A stretch of 64,000 nucleotides of DNA, taken from Ignavibacteriota bacterium (lineage in GTDB: Bacteria > Bacteroidota > Ignavibacteria > UBA10030). This document shows, in pieces, positions 30,617 through 42,677 of this stretch. Location: NCBI GenBank assembly GCA_963727825.1, contig CAVSHO010000009.1, positions 864,001 through 928,000 on the forward strand, read 5' to 3'. Below the pieces are notes generated by a model. That model saw only the letters and a program-made list of their open reading frames with translations. It had not been told where the DNA came from and ran no database searches. A program made the translations under genes and the position numbers. Position 1 is the first letter of the stretch; each line of letters opens with the position of its first letter.

Positions 30617-31072
30617 TTATGCCTGCTTATTTTTTTCAAGAACACTGCGTAGCGCACTTATGGTTTCTTTGATTTTTTTAATCGAACGCGGAAGAATAAA
30701 CACTGTGTTGTCGCCTGCAAGTGTACCAAGCACGGATGGGAGACGAAGATGATCTATAATTTCCGCAACACCCTGTGCTCGTCCGGGCAGAGTTTTAATT
30801 ACCACCATGCTTTCATTTGCTTCAATCTGTTCGATTTCAAAACCAATGAGCGTTGTCAGGCGTTCTTCTTCCTGTTCCGGGCTGAGCATATATTTTGCAC
30901 CGCTTGGTGTATAGACCCATGCAATGCCAAGCTCTTTCATATCTCGCGAGAGAGTCGCTTGCGTGGTTTTAAAACCTTCCTTCCGCATTGCCGATGCCAA
31001 TTCGCTTTGCGTGGTTATTGTACGGCTTGCGAGAATTTGTTTGATTGCAAGATGACGCTGCTGTTTTTCCAT
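30617..31072 (-). CDS. argR: Arginine repressor
   Basis: TQATLSRD and GTLAGDNT motifs. Confidence 0.95.
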   Translation of the reverse strand: MEKQQRHLAIKQILASRTITTQSELASAMRKEGFKTTQATLSRDMKELGIAWVYTPSGAKYMLSPEQEEERLTTLIGFEIEQIEANESMVVIKTLPGRAQGVAEIIDHLRLPSVLGTLAGDNTVFILPRSIKKIKETISALRSVLEKNKQA

Positions 31073-31083
31073 ATTTATATCCC

Positions 31084-31932
31084 TTATGATGGATGTATCA
31101 TTTGGGTTCCAATTCCTTCATCGGTGAAAATTTCCAGCAGAAGCGAGTGCTTAATGCGGCCATCGATAATGTGGACTTTATTTACGCCGGCATCGAGTGT
31201 TGCAAACGCTGAGCGCACCTTCGGAATCATACCGCTATGAATTGCGCCGCGTTCAATGAGCGATTCTGCTTCCGCATTTGTGAGCGATGAAATCAATAGC
31301 TTGTCCACGAGCACACCTTCGATATCGCTGAGATAAACAAGTTTTTCGGCTTTTAATGCGGTTGCAATAGCACCAGCTGCCAGATCGGCATTGACGTTTA
31401 AAATTTTATTATCTTCGCCTACCGCGAGTGGTGCAATTACCGGCATCATTCCATTGTTTAAGAGTAAATTCAAAAAACTTATATTCACAAAACTCACCTC
31501 ACCAACCAAACCGAGATCTTTTTCTGTAATTCGTTGTGCTTTTAGCAATCCGTTATCCATACCGCAAAGTCCAATAGCGTTGCCGCCATTAGTATTGATA
31601 AGATTAACAATCTCTTTATTCAACTTTCCAGCCAACACCATTAACACTACATCAACCATTTTCTTGTCAGTGTAACGCTGTCCGTCAACAAAACGATTTT
31701 GTATGTTAAGTGTCGAAGCAAGATCGGTAATATCTTTTCCACCGCCGTGCACAATGATGATGTTAATGCCAATCTTTCGGAGAATCGTTACATCCTGAGC
31801 AAAAGATACTTTGAGGCGTTCGTCTCTCATTGCCGCGCCGCCATATTTGATGACAAATGTTTTGCTTTCATACGTTTGAATGTACGGCAGCGCTTCAATA
31901 AGAACATCTTCTTTGGTTTGAGTATTTGTCAT
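31084..31932 (-). CDS. argB: Acetylglutamate kinase
   Basis: EALPYI, IKYGGAAM, VHGGG, NVNAD and GMIPK. Confidence 0.95.
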   Translation of the reverse strand: MTNTQTKEDVLIEALPYIQTYESKTFVIKYGGAAMRDERLKVSFAQDVTILRKIGINIIIVHGGGKDITDLASTLNIQNRFVDGQRYTDKKMVDVVLMVLAGKLNKEIVNLINTNGGNAIGLCGMDNGLLKAQRITEKDLGLVGEVSFVNISFLNLLLNNGMMPVIAPLAVGEDNKILNVNADLAAGAIATALKAEKLVYLSDIEGVLVDKLLISSLTNAEAESLIERGAIHSGMIPKVRSAFATLDAGVNKVHIIDGRIKHSLLLEIFTDEGIGTQMIHPS

Positions 31933-31988
31933 GTTAGTTTTCTGTAATCAGTATTCGGTTGCCAGAATTAATTGTAACCCGGTTTTAT

Positions 31989-33206
31989 TTATGAACGATA
32001 ACTTGCATTGATATGAATATATTCTTTTGTCAAATCGCATGTCCAGAAGCGCGCTTCTGCAGACCCTTGATTAAGATTAATCTGCACACTGATATTATCC
32101 TGTGATAGTACAGCTTTCGCTTTCTCTTCATCAAGAACAATTTCATAGTTCGGTTTCAATACTGGCAAATCGTTAAAGCCAATTGATACTTTTGCCGGAT
32201 CGAAATCAATGCCGGAATAACCAACAGCGCAAAGAATACGTCCCCAATTTGCATCCGCACCGTGAAGAGCGGTCTTAACTAAATTAGAATTTGCCACAGA
32301 TCGTGCGGCTTGTGTGGCTTCATCTTCCGTTTGCGCTCCGCTCACAACAATTTCTACGAACTTTGTTGCACCTTCACCGTCGCGTGCAATCATCTTAGCA
32401 AGTTTAATAAGGATGTATTCGAGTGCTGCAAGAAACTGCTGATAAACAGAAGTGTTTTCCCGAATCTCTTCGTTTTTCGCTAATCCATTTGCAAGCACGA
32501 GCAGCATATCATTCGTGCTCATATCTCCATCAACGGTAATGCGATTGAAAGAATGATTGTTTGCGATACGTAATGCCGACTGTAACGCCGATGGCGCGAT
32601 GACTGCATCGGTAGTAACAAATGCAAGCATTGTTGCCATGTTAGGCGCAATCATTCCGGAACCTTTAGCCATTCCGCCAATCGTAATAACAGAAGAACCG
32701 ATGGAAAGCCGCAAGGCACATTCTTTAGAAAATATATCCGTTGTCATAATCGCTTCGGCGGCATCTTTATTGCCATCCGCAGAAAGGTTTATTGATAGAT
32801 CACTGATGCCTTTCAAAACATTTTCCATTGGAAGATACTGACCGATGACACCGGTAGAAGAGACCAGCACTTCCTCGCGAGGCAGACGAAGAGCGCTGGC
32901 AGTTTTATCAACCATTGTCCATGCGTCTTTCATTCCTTGTTCACCTGTGCATGCGTTGGCATTGCCGCTGTTAATGACGACAGCTGAACATATCTTCGAA
33001 TTCTTGAGTTGAATTTTATCAACCAGCAAAGGCGCTGCAACAACTTTGTTCAGCGTGAATACCCCGGCAACAATTGCCGGTTTTGCTGACCGCACAATTG
33101 CAATATCCTTTTTTGCTTTTCGAATACCGCAGTAAATTCCGCCGGCAGTGAATCCTTTTGCCGCAGTTACACCGCCGGCGCATTCCTGAGATGCATCAAT
33201 TTCCAT
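31989..33206 (-). CDS. argJ: Ornithine acetyltransferase / N-acetylglutamate synthase
   Basis: NSGNANACTG, KGSGMIAPNMATML, DGDMSTND and DGEGATK. Confidence 0.96.
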   Translation of the reverse strand: MEIDASQECAGGVTAAKGFTAGGIYCGIRKAKKDIAIVRSAKPAIVAGVFTLNKVVAAPLLVDKIQLKNSKICSAVVINSGNANACTGEQGMKDAWTMVDKTASALRLPREEVLVSSTGVIGQYLPMENVLKGISDLSINLSADGNKDAAEAIMTTDIFSKECALRLSIGSSVITIGGMAKGSGMIAPNMATMLAFVTTDAVIAPSALQSALRIANNHSFNRITVDGDMSTNDMLLVLANGLAKNEEIRENTSVYQQFLAALEYILIKLAKMIARDGEGATKFVEIVVSGAQTEDEATQAARSVANSNLVKTALHGADANWGRILCAVGYSGIDFDPAKVSIGFNDLPVLKPNYEIVLDEEKAKAVLSQDNISVQINLNQGSAEARFWTCDLTKEYIHINASYRS

Positions 33207-34222
33207 TATTGTAATCCTTCTATTTCGTTCATTCCAAACATGATATTCATATTTTGCACTGCTTGTCCTGCAGCCCCTTTGATTAAATTGTCGATCGCAG
33301 AAAAAACAACGAGCTGTTCGTTTTCTTGATTGATGCGGAAACCAATGTCGATAAAATTTGTGTACGTAACGTTTTTAATTTCTGGGATTGCTGTTGCCGA
33401 GTATCGAACAAACGGCGCCGCTGCATAGTACTTGTCATAGATTGCAAGAATTTCTTGCTCAGTTACCGACTTTTTCAGTATCGCATACGTGGAAGTATAT
33501 ATGCCGCGTGTGATTGGAAGAAGATGCGGCACGAACGAAAACTTCACTTGCTTACCGGAAAGCGACTCTAATGTCGTTTTAATTTCCGGAATGTGTTGAT
33601 GAGCGCCAACTTTATAAGCACGAACTGATTCATTCACTTCAGCAAAGGACATATCAGTGGAAGCACTTCGCCCAGCACCGGAAACACCGGAGAGCGAACT
33701 GACTGCGATGCCATTCGATTCTATGATGCAATCTTTCAGCAGGGGAGCGAGCGGAAGGATGACACTTGTCGGATAACAACCAGGATTTGCGACAAGAGAC
33801 GCTGATTTAATCTGCGGTGAATTCCATTCCGGTAAACCGTACACAGATTGTCGTAATATTGCAGTCGCCGAGTGAGCTCGTTTGTAATATCGTTCGTATA
33901 GCGAAGTATCTTGTAGACGGAAATCACCGCCAAGGTCAATCACCCGTTTTCCTGCCGAAAGTATAGCTGGAACAATATTCATTGCCTCTCCCGAGGGGAG
34001 CGCAACGAAAATAAGGTCGCTTTTTAATATTTTATCGACAGAATATGGCTCAAGCACTATGTCTAAAGTTTTATTGAACAACGGTGCAACATCAGAAAGA
34101 TGTTTGCCAGCGGAAGAATTTGCAAAGAGTCTATCTATTTTTACGCCAGGGTGATGAACAAGGATCTTTAAGAGTTCAATGCCAGAATAACCCGACGCAC
34201 CGATGACGGAAACGGAAATCAT
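33206..34222 (-). CDS. argC: N-acetyl-gamma-glutamyl-phosphate reductase
   Basis: GASGYSG, ANPGCYPT, SGVSGAGR and DNLIKGAAGQAVQN. Confidence 0.96.
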   Translation of the reverse strand: MISVSVIGASGYSGIELLKILVHHPGVKIDRLFANSSAGKHLSDVAPLFNKTLDIVLEPYSVDKILKSDLIFVALPSGEAMNIVPAILSAGKRVIDLGGDFRLQDTSLYERYYKRAHSATAILRQSVYGLPEWNSPQIKSASLVANPGCYPTSVILPLAPLLKDCIIESNGIAVSSLSGVSGAGRSASTDMSFAEVNESVRAYKVGAHQHIPEIKTTLESLSGKQVKFSFVPHLLPITRGIYTSTYAILKKSVTEQEILAIYDKYYAAAPFVRYSATAIPEIKNVTYTNFIDIGFRINQENEQLVVFSAIDNLIKGAAGQAVQNMNIMFGMNEIEGLQ

Positions 34223-34252
34223 ATTATATACGTATCCCTTTTAATTTTTATA

Positions 34253-34290
34253 ACTGCATTAATATACTACAATATGGATAATTATGCAAA
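34253..34290. promoter_or_regulatory. Tandem ARG boxes (ArgR operator)
   Basis: ACTGCATTAATATACTAC-aa-TATGGATAATTATGCAAA, about 30 bp upstream of argC, fits the TGMAT-wwww-ATKCA consensus. argR lies in the same operon. Confidence 0.7.
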
Positions 34291-34474
34291 TGAAAATTAA
34301 TCATATTTTAAAAACATTTCTTAATATTTTAGAAATTGTGAGTCATTTTATATTCGTAAAGAGGAAAAATAAAACGGAAAGCAGGCAACAGGCAACAGGA
34401 AACAATGATTTGCTATTAACGGCTTTCATTAATGCTTAAAACAATATTTCAACTTACTTTTGCTATCCCGATAT

Positions 34475-35388
34475 CTAAAAATTCATTGTTAAACTAACAC
34501 CGGTTCCACGCGGTGTAATATTTGGCAAGATATGCACCTTAGCCTTTCCATCTCCGGAATCTATTATTGGCATTCCTTCGGGATGTGCGGCAAGCATTCC
34601 AAAATAATATCCGATGAAAAGTCCAAGCGGATAATCACTCACCCAATGGATGCCATTGCTTAACATGCCAAGCCCAACAAGACGTAGTGAATGCATATCC
34701 AACTGGACGAATCCATTTTTCATCTGGATAATTTTCTGCAACCACAATAACAGTCGCGATGGATGTACAAAGATGTCCGGATGGAAATGCGTCGAATTGA
34801 GGAACTCTGCGATGATAATCAATTTGATTGGGCAAGATTTTCCAAATTCCTGTTGGTGAAGTGCGTACAAACGGACTTTCTCGGCCTGTAACATGTTTGA
34901 GTAATTGTACCACAGCACCAGATGCAAGCACAGCTTGCACAATTTCACTCCCTGTTCTCAATGCTTTTTGATCTGTGAATACAAGCCCATATGCTCCTAG
35001 CGTTCCTGCAAGAGCAAACTGTGTTGTTCCTTCTCCCATGTTGGCACAAAAATCACTCAGATTTTTTGCAGATCGATGAACCGTAATAAAATTTAGCTGC
35101 CGGTGTATACGTAATATCATCCGTAAAATAAGTTCCCACAGTTAATCCACCAACAATAAGCCATTCATCAACTCGTTCTTTACAAAAGGAAATATCGTAC
35201 CAACGCTCCCAATCACGCGGAATGTTTTCAATCATTGTGTACCATTGAACATTTTCCGGTTCTTCTTTGTCTAAAATGGAAATTGAATCCGCCGAAGATG
35301 ATTTTTGTAAGTCTTGTGCTTGACTCTTGTAGATAGTACCGATTAATAAAATTATGAATAAAAACCATAGGAGAAATAAATGTCTCAT
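34475..35388 (-). CDS. Exported PAP2-family phosphatase, split into three frames
   Basis: Signal peptide, KHVTGRESP, FPSGH and HWVSD are spread over ORFs 35053-35388, 34635-35120 and 34475-34948. Ends in a beta-strand with terminal Phe. Confidence 0.75.
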
Positions 35389-35397
35389 ATTATCCTT

Positions 35398-36218
35398 TTA
35401 AAACTTTACGCTGAGAAGAAAACCGTATTGGTGTCCATCTGCCTGGGGCAGAATTGTGACATCGGAGGAGCCATAATTTAATTTTTCAACCAATTTTGTT
35501 TCATAATGTCCAATAATTGCGCCCAACAAAACAATCGCTCATCCAATGCGTGCTTTCTGTGACCGGCTAACGGCAGTAGCTGTCGCGAGTGAATAGCACA
35601 TGTAAGATACCCAAGGTTCAGTATAGAAATCGGAAATCGTTGTAGCAGCAGCAAATACTGTCGTTGTATGCCCAGAAGGAAAAGAATCAAAAGAAGAAAT
35701 TCCTTTGCCGTTCCCCTTTGATTTGCTGAAATATGCAAACGGTCCATACCAAAATCCGCCGTGTCGAGTTGCGGCGCTTGGACGTTCACGTCCGCAGAGA
35801 TATTTGAAGAATTGCACAGTAACACCGGTAAAAATGAAAGATTCAATACCAATTTTGCCAACTTCGAATGCTTTCTTATCCGTGAAAATCAATCCATATC
35901 CGGCAAACCCTCCGAATAATCCTACAGAGAACAAACCATTTCCAAGATTGGTAATAACCGGGCTAACATCTTTCACAATTTTGTGGTTCATCTTCCAACC
36001 ATATAAGTCATTATAGATTTGTTGATCATAATGAAATAGTAGAGCAGTTAATAGCTATAGCACCGGTGACACCAAGAACAATTGTAGCTGACGATGTTGT
36101 TGTCGCTGCACTATCGGAAATAGTTGATGTTAAAGGTTGTGAGAAACAAAAGCAGAACAAAGATAAGATTAAAAATAATAACTTTGATTATTGTGGTAAT
36201 CAAGCAGATAAACTTTCA
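35398..36218 (-). CDS. PAP2-family phosphatase paralog, several indels
   Basis: KYLCGRERP and SFPSGH. Manual reading gives C-terminus ILPQADGHQYGFLLSVKF* at 35398. Confidence 0.7.
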
Positions 36219-36403
36219 TTTTTTCGACCCAATTGAGAAATATGAATGTTAAACCTGATGGTAAAGTTATTTCCTCACATGAATGAAAGAATCTCAAGTT
36301 ACTCTTTTTCATGAGAAAAATATTTTTACACAAAGGGAAAAGAGTGGGCCATCTATCTCTTTATTGCCTAATATAATTTACGGTAATTTTATGAGATGTA
36401 ATA

Positions 36404-38934
36404 CTAAAATTCGATTTCGATTCCACCAACCGGGAAAAAAGAAAATTGGTATACAGTTTCACGTGTACCGTCACTACGGTATTCATAATAAAACACATTT
36501 TTTGTGTTCATCACATTCATAAGTGCAATATAAACATTGATATTCCAATTTTGCATATAGAACCTGCTGATCCATTGGATATCAAGACGGCTATAATCCG
36601 GATAACGAACAGAGTTGATTTGATCGGATGCTTTCCATGTTCCACGCGACCATTGAACCCCGCCTTCCCATACCTGTTCGCTTGTTGTCCATTCAATAGG
36701 TGTATATACCCCGCCAGTTTGATAACGATACTTGCAACTAATCTCCATTTCATCTGAAAATGGTAGAATATACAATGGGTATTTGATAAAGAACGACTGC
36801 TTATTAAGCCATGAACGGGCACCCTTTACAATCTTGCCGCCGACCAAATTAACAATCACTGGATAATCATACTGCGATGGGTATGTTTTTCCCACCATAC
36901 CAATGCGCGGATCATCATCAGTTGTTTTGGAAAGTGAAACACTAATTGTCCCATAATAGTTAGTCACCTGTTTTTTTTGTAAAGAAATTCTAATCCATAG
37001 GAATATCTTGTGCCCGACTGCAAGATTTTATCAGACCAGTTTGTATCGATTAAAGAATGAATATATTCCTCACTCACTGCGATGTTACTGAAAACTTCTT
37101 ATAATATGTTTCCACACTGAATTTTATACCTTCATCTAGAATATGCTGTAAACCAAGGACAATATGTTGAGATCTTTCATTCTCTAAATATTTATTGATT
37201 CCTAGATTTTTCCGGTCAGCATAATCCGGTAATGGCTGTGTCTGCCAATAATCTCCAGCCGATAATGAAAGTGTAGTTGTTACTGGAATTAATTCGTATG
37301 CAATACTTCCACGCGGACTGAATTGCCCTTGCCTGGAATATGAAAAGTAGTCATATCTTAAACCGAAAGTTAGATTAAAACTCGGTGTAATACGATATTT
37401 ATCGCTTATGTATGCAAACATTTTATTTGCATCGCCGAAACTTAAAGAGTTAGTAATATCACCGTATGGGGAATTTGTATACACATAAGATGTATCATAA
37501 GGATTTTGAATGTTGCGTTTATAACGTGTCTGACTTCCTAAAAATGTCGATGTACCAATCCAATGGTTTGTTGTCTGAATTTGAGTGCCAACCATAAGAT
37601 CATGCTTGGGGTGAATTTGATAAAACAGCTCATATTTTATCGCATAAAAGGCTTCATCATCATGCGAATTATATACATCCTGTGAATTTATTATTTTTGC
37701 CGCTTCAACGTTTCCTTTATCATTGTAGACGAGATGATAATAATTATCCAGCGCATCCACATTATATTGGTTTCCAACGGTGTAGAGAGAAAGAGTAGAA
37801 TATCCCTCTTTTCCCCATAGACTTTTTAAATTGATGCCAAGAGCATATTGTTTATCATGGACATTATCATTCTCTAAACTCGCTTGAATATATCCGAATT
37901 TTCGCGGCTCGCATCCTGCTGATTAGGATCTCCTTTAATATAGATACGGCTATCTCCATAAAGACCATTCAGCGAAAGTTTTTGTGTCGGCGAAAGATCG
38001 TATACAACCTTTGTTTGTGCATCCCAATATTTCGGAATTGCTGTCAAGAGAGAGAGCAGACATTCCCACTAATTTGTCAATAACTTCCAAGAAGCTTTGG
38101 CGTGCGGAAAAAATCCATGATCCCCTTCCATCTGCCAATGACCCCTCCATCAATGTCCCGAAACCTGCCATATTAAACCCAGTATTTGATGCAAATCCCT
38201 TATTCCGATCTCCCTCACGAATTGTTATATCCATTACTGAAGACATTTTATCGCTGTACTGCACAGGAAATCCGCCGGCAGAAAATTGAACATCTTCCAC
38301 AAAATCAATGTTGATCATATTAATCGGACCAGCAGAATTAAATTCATTTGGATAATGATTAATAGAAGGAATTTCCATGCCTTCCATAACTGTCAGGTTT
38401 TCGTACGGTGCACCGCCGCGTACAATAAGTTCATTGACATTATCATTAGAGCTGGCAATACCGGGCAGATTCTGCACAACCCGCTGTACATCCATGTATA
38501 GATCCGGGCTGACGTTTTACTTCTGCGCGGTCGTAATTATTTACGCTTAATGGAGCTAATTGATTATTTCTAGTAAAATAATTTGCCTGTATTGTCATAC
38601 CGGAAACTTCAACCGTTTGTTCATTCAATTTGATTGTTACTTTGGTACTGCGTCCGGTCGATACGACAATATTTGTTACAATAATGCTTTCATAACCGAC
38701 GATCGTTGCTTTCAAACTAAACGAGCCAACAGAAATTCCTTTAATACAGAAATTACCAGATGAATCTGATGTAGCGCCGAAAGTCGGTTGTTCTACAACC
38801 TGTACATTAACGGCAGGTAAGGGTTCCTGAGTTTTTCCGTCTACAACATGCCCGACAATGTCGCCTTTGAATGATTGTGCGGAGAGTTGGAATGCAGCAA
38901 GGCATACAAAAACAATAAATGCAACAGGTTTCAT
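36404..38934 (-). CDS. TonB-dependent outer-membrane receptor, multiple frameshifts
   Basis: Carboxypeptidase-regulatory-like N-domain, plug (LIVRGG, AGGFPVQYSDKMSSVMDI), barrel strands and C-terminal GGIEIEF, spread across at least five frames. Confidence 0.8.
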
Positions 38935-39042
38935 ATTTCTTTAATCGATTATTGGATAAAGTGAGAAACCTAAATTTAATTAAAAAAGCAACGAATTCGT
39001 TCGTCAGAATGGAATTCAGATGCCTCTGGTATTGTCACTTAA

Positions 39043-39069
39043 AACGAACGTTGTGTCAAAAAAGTTACA
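39043..39069 (-). promoter_or_regulatory. Candidate ECF-sigma promoter for the TonB receptor gene
   Basis: Minus strand TGTAAC-N17-CGTT, about 110 bp upstream of the start codon. Confidence 0.35.
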
Positions 39070-39390
39070 ATTATGTAGAAAGTTCGATAGTGAAATGATA
39101 AAGACATTTGCACTTTCGTTGTTTTAATCTTACTAATTTAACATACACAGTAAAATGAAAATAACTTTAACGATTTCGGTAAATAATGGAAGTAAGCCGG
39201 TGAATGGAAGATATAGGAAAAAAGGATTTTACATATAGCTAATGTAAAACATTGCAATCCAATATTATTCCACTGATCAAAAAAAACATCTATTACAATT
39301 CAATTCTGAATAAAATCTTTATATCGTAAAAGCAATAATCATTACATTCTAATTAAAAAGACTGATGGTTCTGTGTTCCTGTCCGACTAC

Positions 39391-39825
39391 TCATAGTTCA
39401 ATATCATAAGGCACAATTAGATCTCTACCACGTTTTAGTATGTCTTTTGGAAAAGGACAGGATTTTCTTTTTTGAGTATTAAAATGAACAGCCGTCAACA
39501 CCATAATTGCAGCGACTTCGCCTGTTATATCATTACGCATTTCATGAACAAAACGTACAGCTTTCTCTTTAATTTCAAGAACTCCTGAGCGCACAGTAAC
39601 CGTGCTTCCTGCGGTTATTTCAGATTTATATGTTATGTTCTGCTGAAGCGCGGCAATACCCATGTGTTTTTTCATAAAATATGAATTATTCAAACCCAGC
39701 ATTGAGGCAAATTGCCAGGATGCATCATCAAACTTACTTGCGTACCAAACAACATTCATATGACCCATAATATCGCAATGCCATGGATGAACAACACCGC
39801 GATATGTAATTTGCATTTCAGCCAT
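39391..39825 (-). CDS. Hotdog-fold acyl-CoA thioesterase (4HBT-like)
   Basis: VHPWHCDIMGHMNVVWY motif. Confidence 0.85.
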   Translation of the reverse strand: MAEMQITYRGVVHPWHCDIMGHMNVVWYASKFDDASWQFASMLGLNNSYFMKKHMGIAALQQNITYKSEITAGSTVTVRSGVLEIKEKAVRFVHEMRNDITGEVAAIMVLTAVHFNTQKRKSCPFPKDILKRGRDLIVPYDIEL

Positions 39826-39875
39826 GAAATTAACTCCGGAATAAATTGACTGGACAAATTAAAACAAGAACAATT

Positions 39876-40232
39876 CTATGCTTTAATCATTACAAGGATC
39901 ATTTTGAATTTTGTAATTGCCCTTACTGAATGCGGCTGATTTGCTGGAAGCAACAACATTTGTCCTGCGTGCAACCGATGTGAAATTATTGAAATAGATA
40001 TTTCGGCTTCGCCTTCTATCATAAGAACAAGTGCATCAAAAGGCACTGTATGTTCGCTCAAACCTTGGTTTTTATCAAAAGCAAATGCGGTTACATTGCC
40101 GCCAGACTGTTTCAACAATGTGCGGCTGACTACAGTACCGGTTTGATATTGAACAAGCTCAGCTTGCTGAAGAACGCCGCTGATTGTTGATAAATCATCT
40201 ATGTTTGTTGACATTTTCGTTACACCAAACAT
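39876..40232 (-). CDS. Cupin-domain protein
   Basis: FAFDKNQGLSEHT...PANQPHSV. Confidence 0.85.
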   Translation of the reverse strand: MFGVTKMSTNIDDLSTISGVLQQAELVQYQTGTVVSRTLLKQSGGNVTAFAFDKNQGLSEHTVPFDALVLMIEGEAEISISIISHRLHAGQMLLLPANQPHSVRAITKFKMILVMIKA

Positions 40233-40269
40233 TTGTGATATAATATTAAGTTATTCGACAAAAGATTGC

Positions 40270-41928
40270 TTATTCATAACTTTCCTCACCTCGTATTTGC
40301 ACGCGTCTTATTTTACCGCTGATAGTTTTTGGAAGCTCCGTGACAAATTCCACAATCCTTGGGTACTTATATGGTGCGGTAACTTTCTTTACATGATTTT
40401 GCAACTCGCGTGCCAATTTATCGCTTGGCTGATAGTTCTTTGAAAGAACAACAGTTGCCTTCACGATTTGACCGCGTTCATCATCTGGAACAGCAGTAAT
40501 GGCACATTCCAATACTGCCGGGTGTTCCAATAATGCGCTCTCCACTTCAAACGGACCAATTCGGTAACCGGAACTTTTTATAATGTCATCAGCCCTGCCA
40601 ACAAACCAGTAATAACCATCTTCATCACGCCATGCCGTATCGCCTGTGTAATAGATGTTATTCTGCCATACACTTTTTGTAAGCCCTTCGTCCCGGAAAT
40701 AACCATCGAACATCCCTACTGGCTTTCTCTTCTTAGTATAAATTACAATCTGGCCAATTTCACCTACCTCGCATACCTTACCGTCTGGATCAATAAGATC
40801 GATATCGTAACCAGGCGATGGTTTTCCCATAGAACCTGGTTTTGGTTCCATCCACGGATAAGTTGCTACGGCAACCGTGCATTCTGTTTGTCCATAACCC
40901 TCCATTAATCGAATGCCGGTGGTTTCAAGGAATTGTTTGTACACCTCAGGGTTCAATGGCTCGCCTGCAACGACACAATATTTCAATTGGCTCAAATCAT
41001 ACTGTGTCAAATCCTCTTTTATTAAAAATCTGTAAATGGTTGGCGGTGCACAAAATGAGGTTACGTGGTACTTCTCAATAACTTTCATTAAATGTTTCGG
41101 AACAAATTTGTCGTAGTCGTACGTCATCACAGCGCATCCCGACAACCACTGACCATATATTTTTCCCCAAGCTGATTTTGCCCATCCGGTATCCGCAACT
41201 GTAAAGTGAAGACCATTGTCTTGCACATTTTGCCAGTATTTTGCCGTAGGAATATGTCCAAGGGGATACGCAAAGTTATGATTTACCATCTTGGGCATTC
41301 CAGTTGTGCCGGATGTAAAATAGAGAAGCATTGTATCATTTATTGTTACTTTTTCCCCAAGTGATTTTTGATTGAATACCTCCGGACTTTTTTCCATTTC
41401 TTCGGTCAAGTTCAACCACCCTTCACGCGATGCACCAATCAAAGCTTTATACTTTAAAGTTGGTGATTTTGCAATTGATTCTTCCACATGCTGAACAACA
41501 TCCGGTTCCGATACACTAACAATCATTTTTATATCTGCGGCATTATTTCTATATATAATATCTTTTGTACTTAGGAGGTGAGTTGCAGGAATGGTAATCG
41601 CTCCGATTTTATTTAAGGCGAGTGTACAAAACCAATATTCATAACGACGTTTCAAAATAAGCATCACAGGATCGCCTTTACAGATGCCTATTGATTGAAA
41701 GAAATTTGCAGCTTTGTCACTGAAACGTTTCATTTGTCCAAATGTAAAGGTTTCTTCTCCTCCTTTGTCGTCACACCACACCATTGCAATTTTATCGGGA
41801 GTTTTAAGGGCGATTTCATCAACTACGTCGAATGCAAAGTTGAAATGTTCTGGTATTCGAATCTCAAATTTATCGATGAATTCTTGATATGAATTGAAGT
41901 CTGTTTGTGAAAGATATTTATCAAGCAT
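40270..41928 (-). CDS. Acyl-CoA synthetase (AMP-forming, medium-chain/acetyl-CoA synthetase-like)
   Basis: [28 protein letters not shown] and LPKTISGKI. Confidence 0.92.
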   Translation of the reverse strand: MLDKYLSQTDFNSYQEFIDKFEIRIPEHFNFAFDVVDEIALKTPDKIAMVWCDDKGGEETFTFGQMKRFSDKAANFFQSIGICKGDPVMLILKRRYEYWFCTLALNKIGAITIPATHLLSTKDIIYRNNAADIKMIVSVSEPDVVQHVEESIAKSPTLKYKALIGASREGWLNLTEEMEKSPEVFNQKSLGEKVTINDTMLLYFTSGTTGMPKMVNHNFAYPLGHIPTAKYWQNVQDNGLHFTVADTGWAKSAWGKIYGQWLSGCAVMTYDYDKFVPKHLMKVIEKYHVTSFCAPPTIYRFLIKEDLTQYDLSQLKYCVVAGEPLNPEVYKQFLETTGIRLMEGYGQTECTVAVATYPWMEPKPGSMGKPSPGYDIDLIDPDGKVCEVGEIGQIVIYTKKRKPVGMFDGYFRDEGLTKSVWQNNIYYTGDTAWRDEDGYYWFVGRADDIIKSSGYRIGPFEVESALLEHPAVLECAITAVPDDERGQIVKATVVLSKNYQPSDKLARELQNHVKKVTAPYKYPRIVEFVTELPKTISGKIRRVQIRGEESYE

Positions 41929-41953
41929 TATTATTCTCTTCTTATTTTAATGT

Positions 41954-42508
41954 TTATAAAACGATTGCCAGCATTTTGACCGGAGCTTGGTTCATTGCTT
42001 TCATCGCATGCTTGTATGCTGAGTCAAAATAGATGGAATCGCCCACATTCAAAACAACTTCATGTGTATCAATGATAATCTTCATTGTTCCTTCGAGGAC
42101 GTAATTGAATTCCTGCCCCGGATGAGAATTAAACTCCACTGGAGTAAATTCTGTATCTGGATCAATTTTAACGATAAACGGTTCTGCTTTTTTATTGATA
42201 AAATTAAATGCAAGATTTTCGTACTTATATTGTTTTCTTCTTTCCACACTCAATCCCTTGTCTTTACGAACTACGCAATAGACATGAAGTCTTGGATTCT
42301 CTCCGGTAAGGATTGCCGTAAGTTCAATGCCGAATTTATGTGCCACCTCATAAAGGAATCCAACGGGAATATCAACCGCCCCGCTCTCATATTGGATGAT
42401 TAAATCTGATGAAATTCCAAGGTCTTGTGCCAGTGAAGTTACGGAAAGTCCGGAAATTTCTCTCAGTTCCTTTATCCGCTCAGCGATGAATTGTATTTTT
42501 TCTTTCAT
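41954..42508 (-). CDS. XRE-family HTH + cupin transcriptional regulator
   Basis: N-terminal HTH (RIKELRE...YESG), C-terminal cupin (HPGQEFNYV). Directly upstream of the acyl-CoA synthetase. Confidence 0.88.
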   Translation of the reverse strand: MKEKIQFIAERIKELREISGLSVTSLAQDLGISSDLIIQYESGAVDIPVGFLYEVAHKFGIELTAILTGENPRLHVYCVVRKDKGLSVERRKQYKYENLAFNFINKKAEPFIVKIDPDTEFTPVEFNSHPGQEFNYVLEGTMKIIIDTHEVVLNVGDSIYFDSAYKHAMKAMNQAPVKMLAIVL

Positions 42509-42677
42509 AGTAACAATTTCTTTCTAAGTCGTTTTCTTAACAATCAGTGCCGGTAGATTGAGTTATTACTTAGCACATTATAGGATAATGTTCTTGACAT
42601 GTCTACTTTTCGGAAATTTAATTGTTAATATGAGTAAAATCAATTTGTATTAGATTTTTATTGAAGAATTCTTCAGC

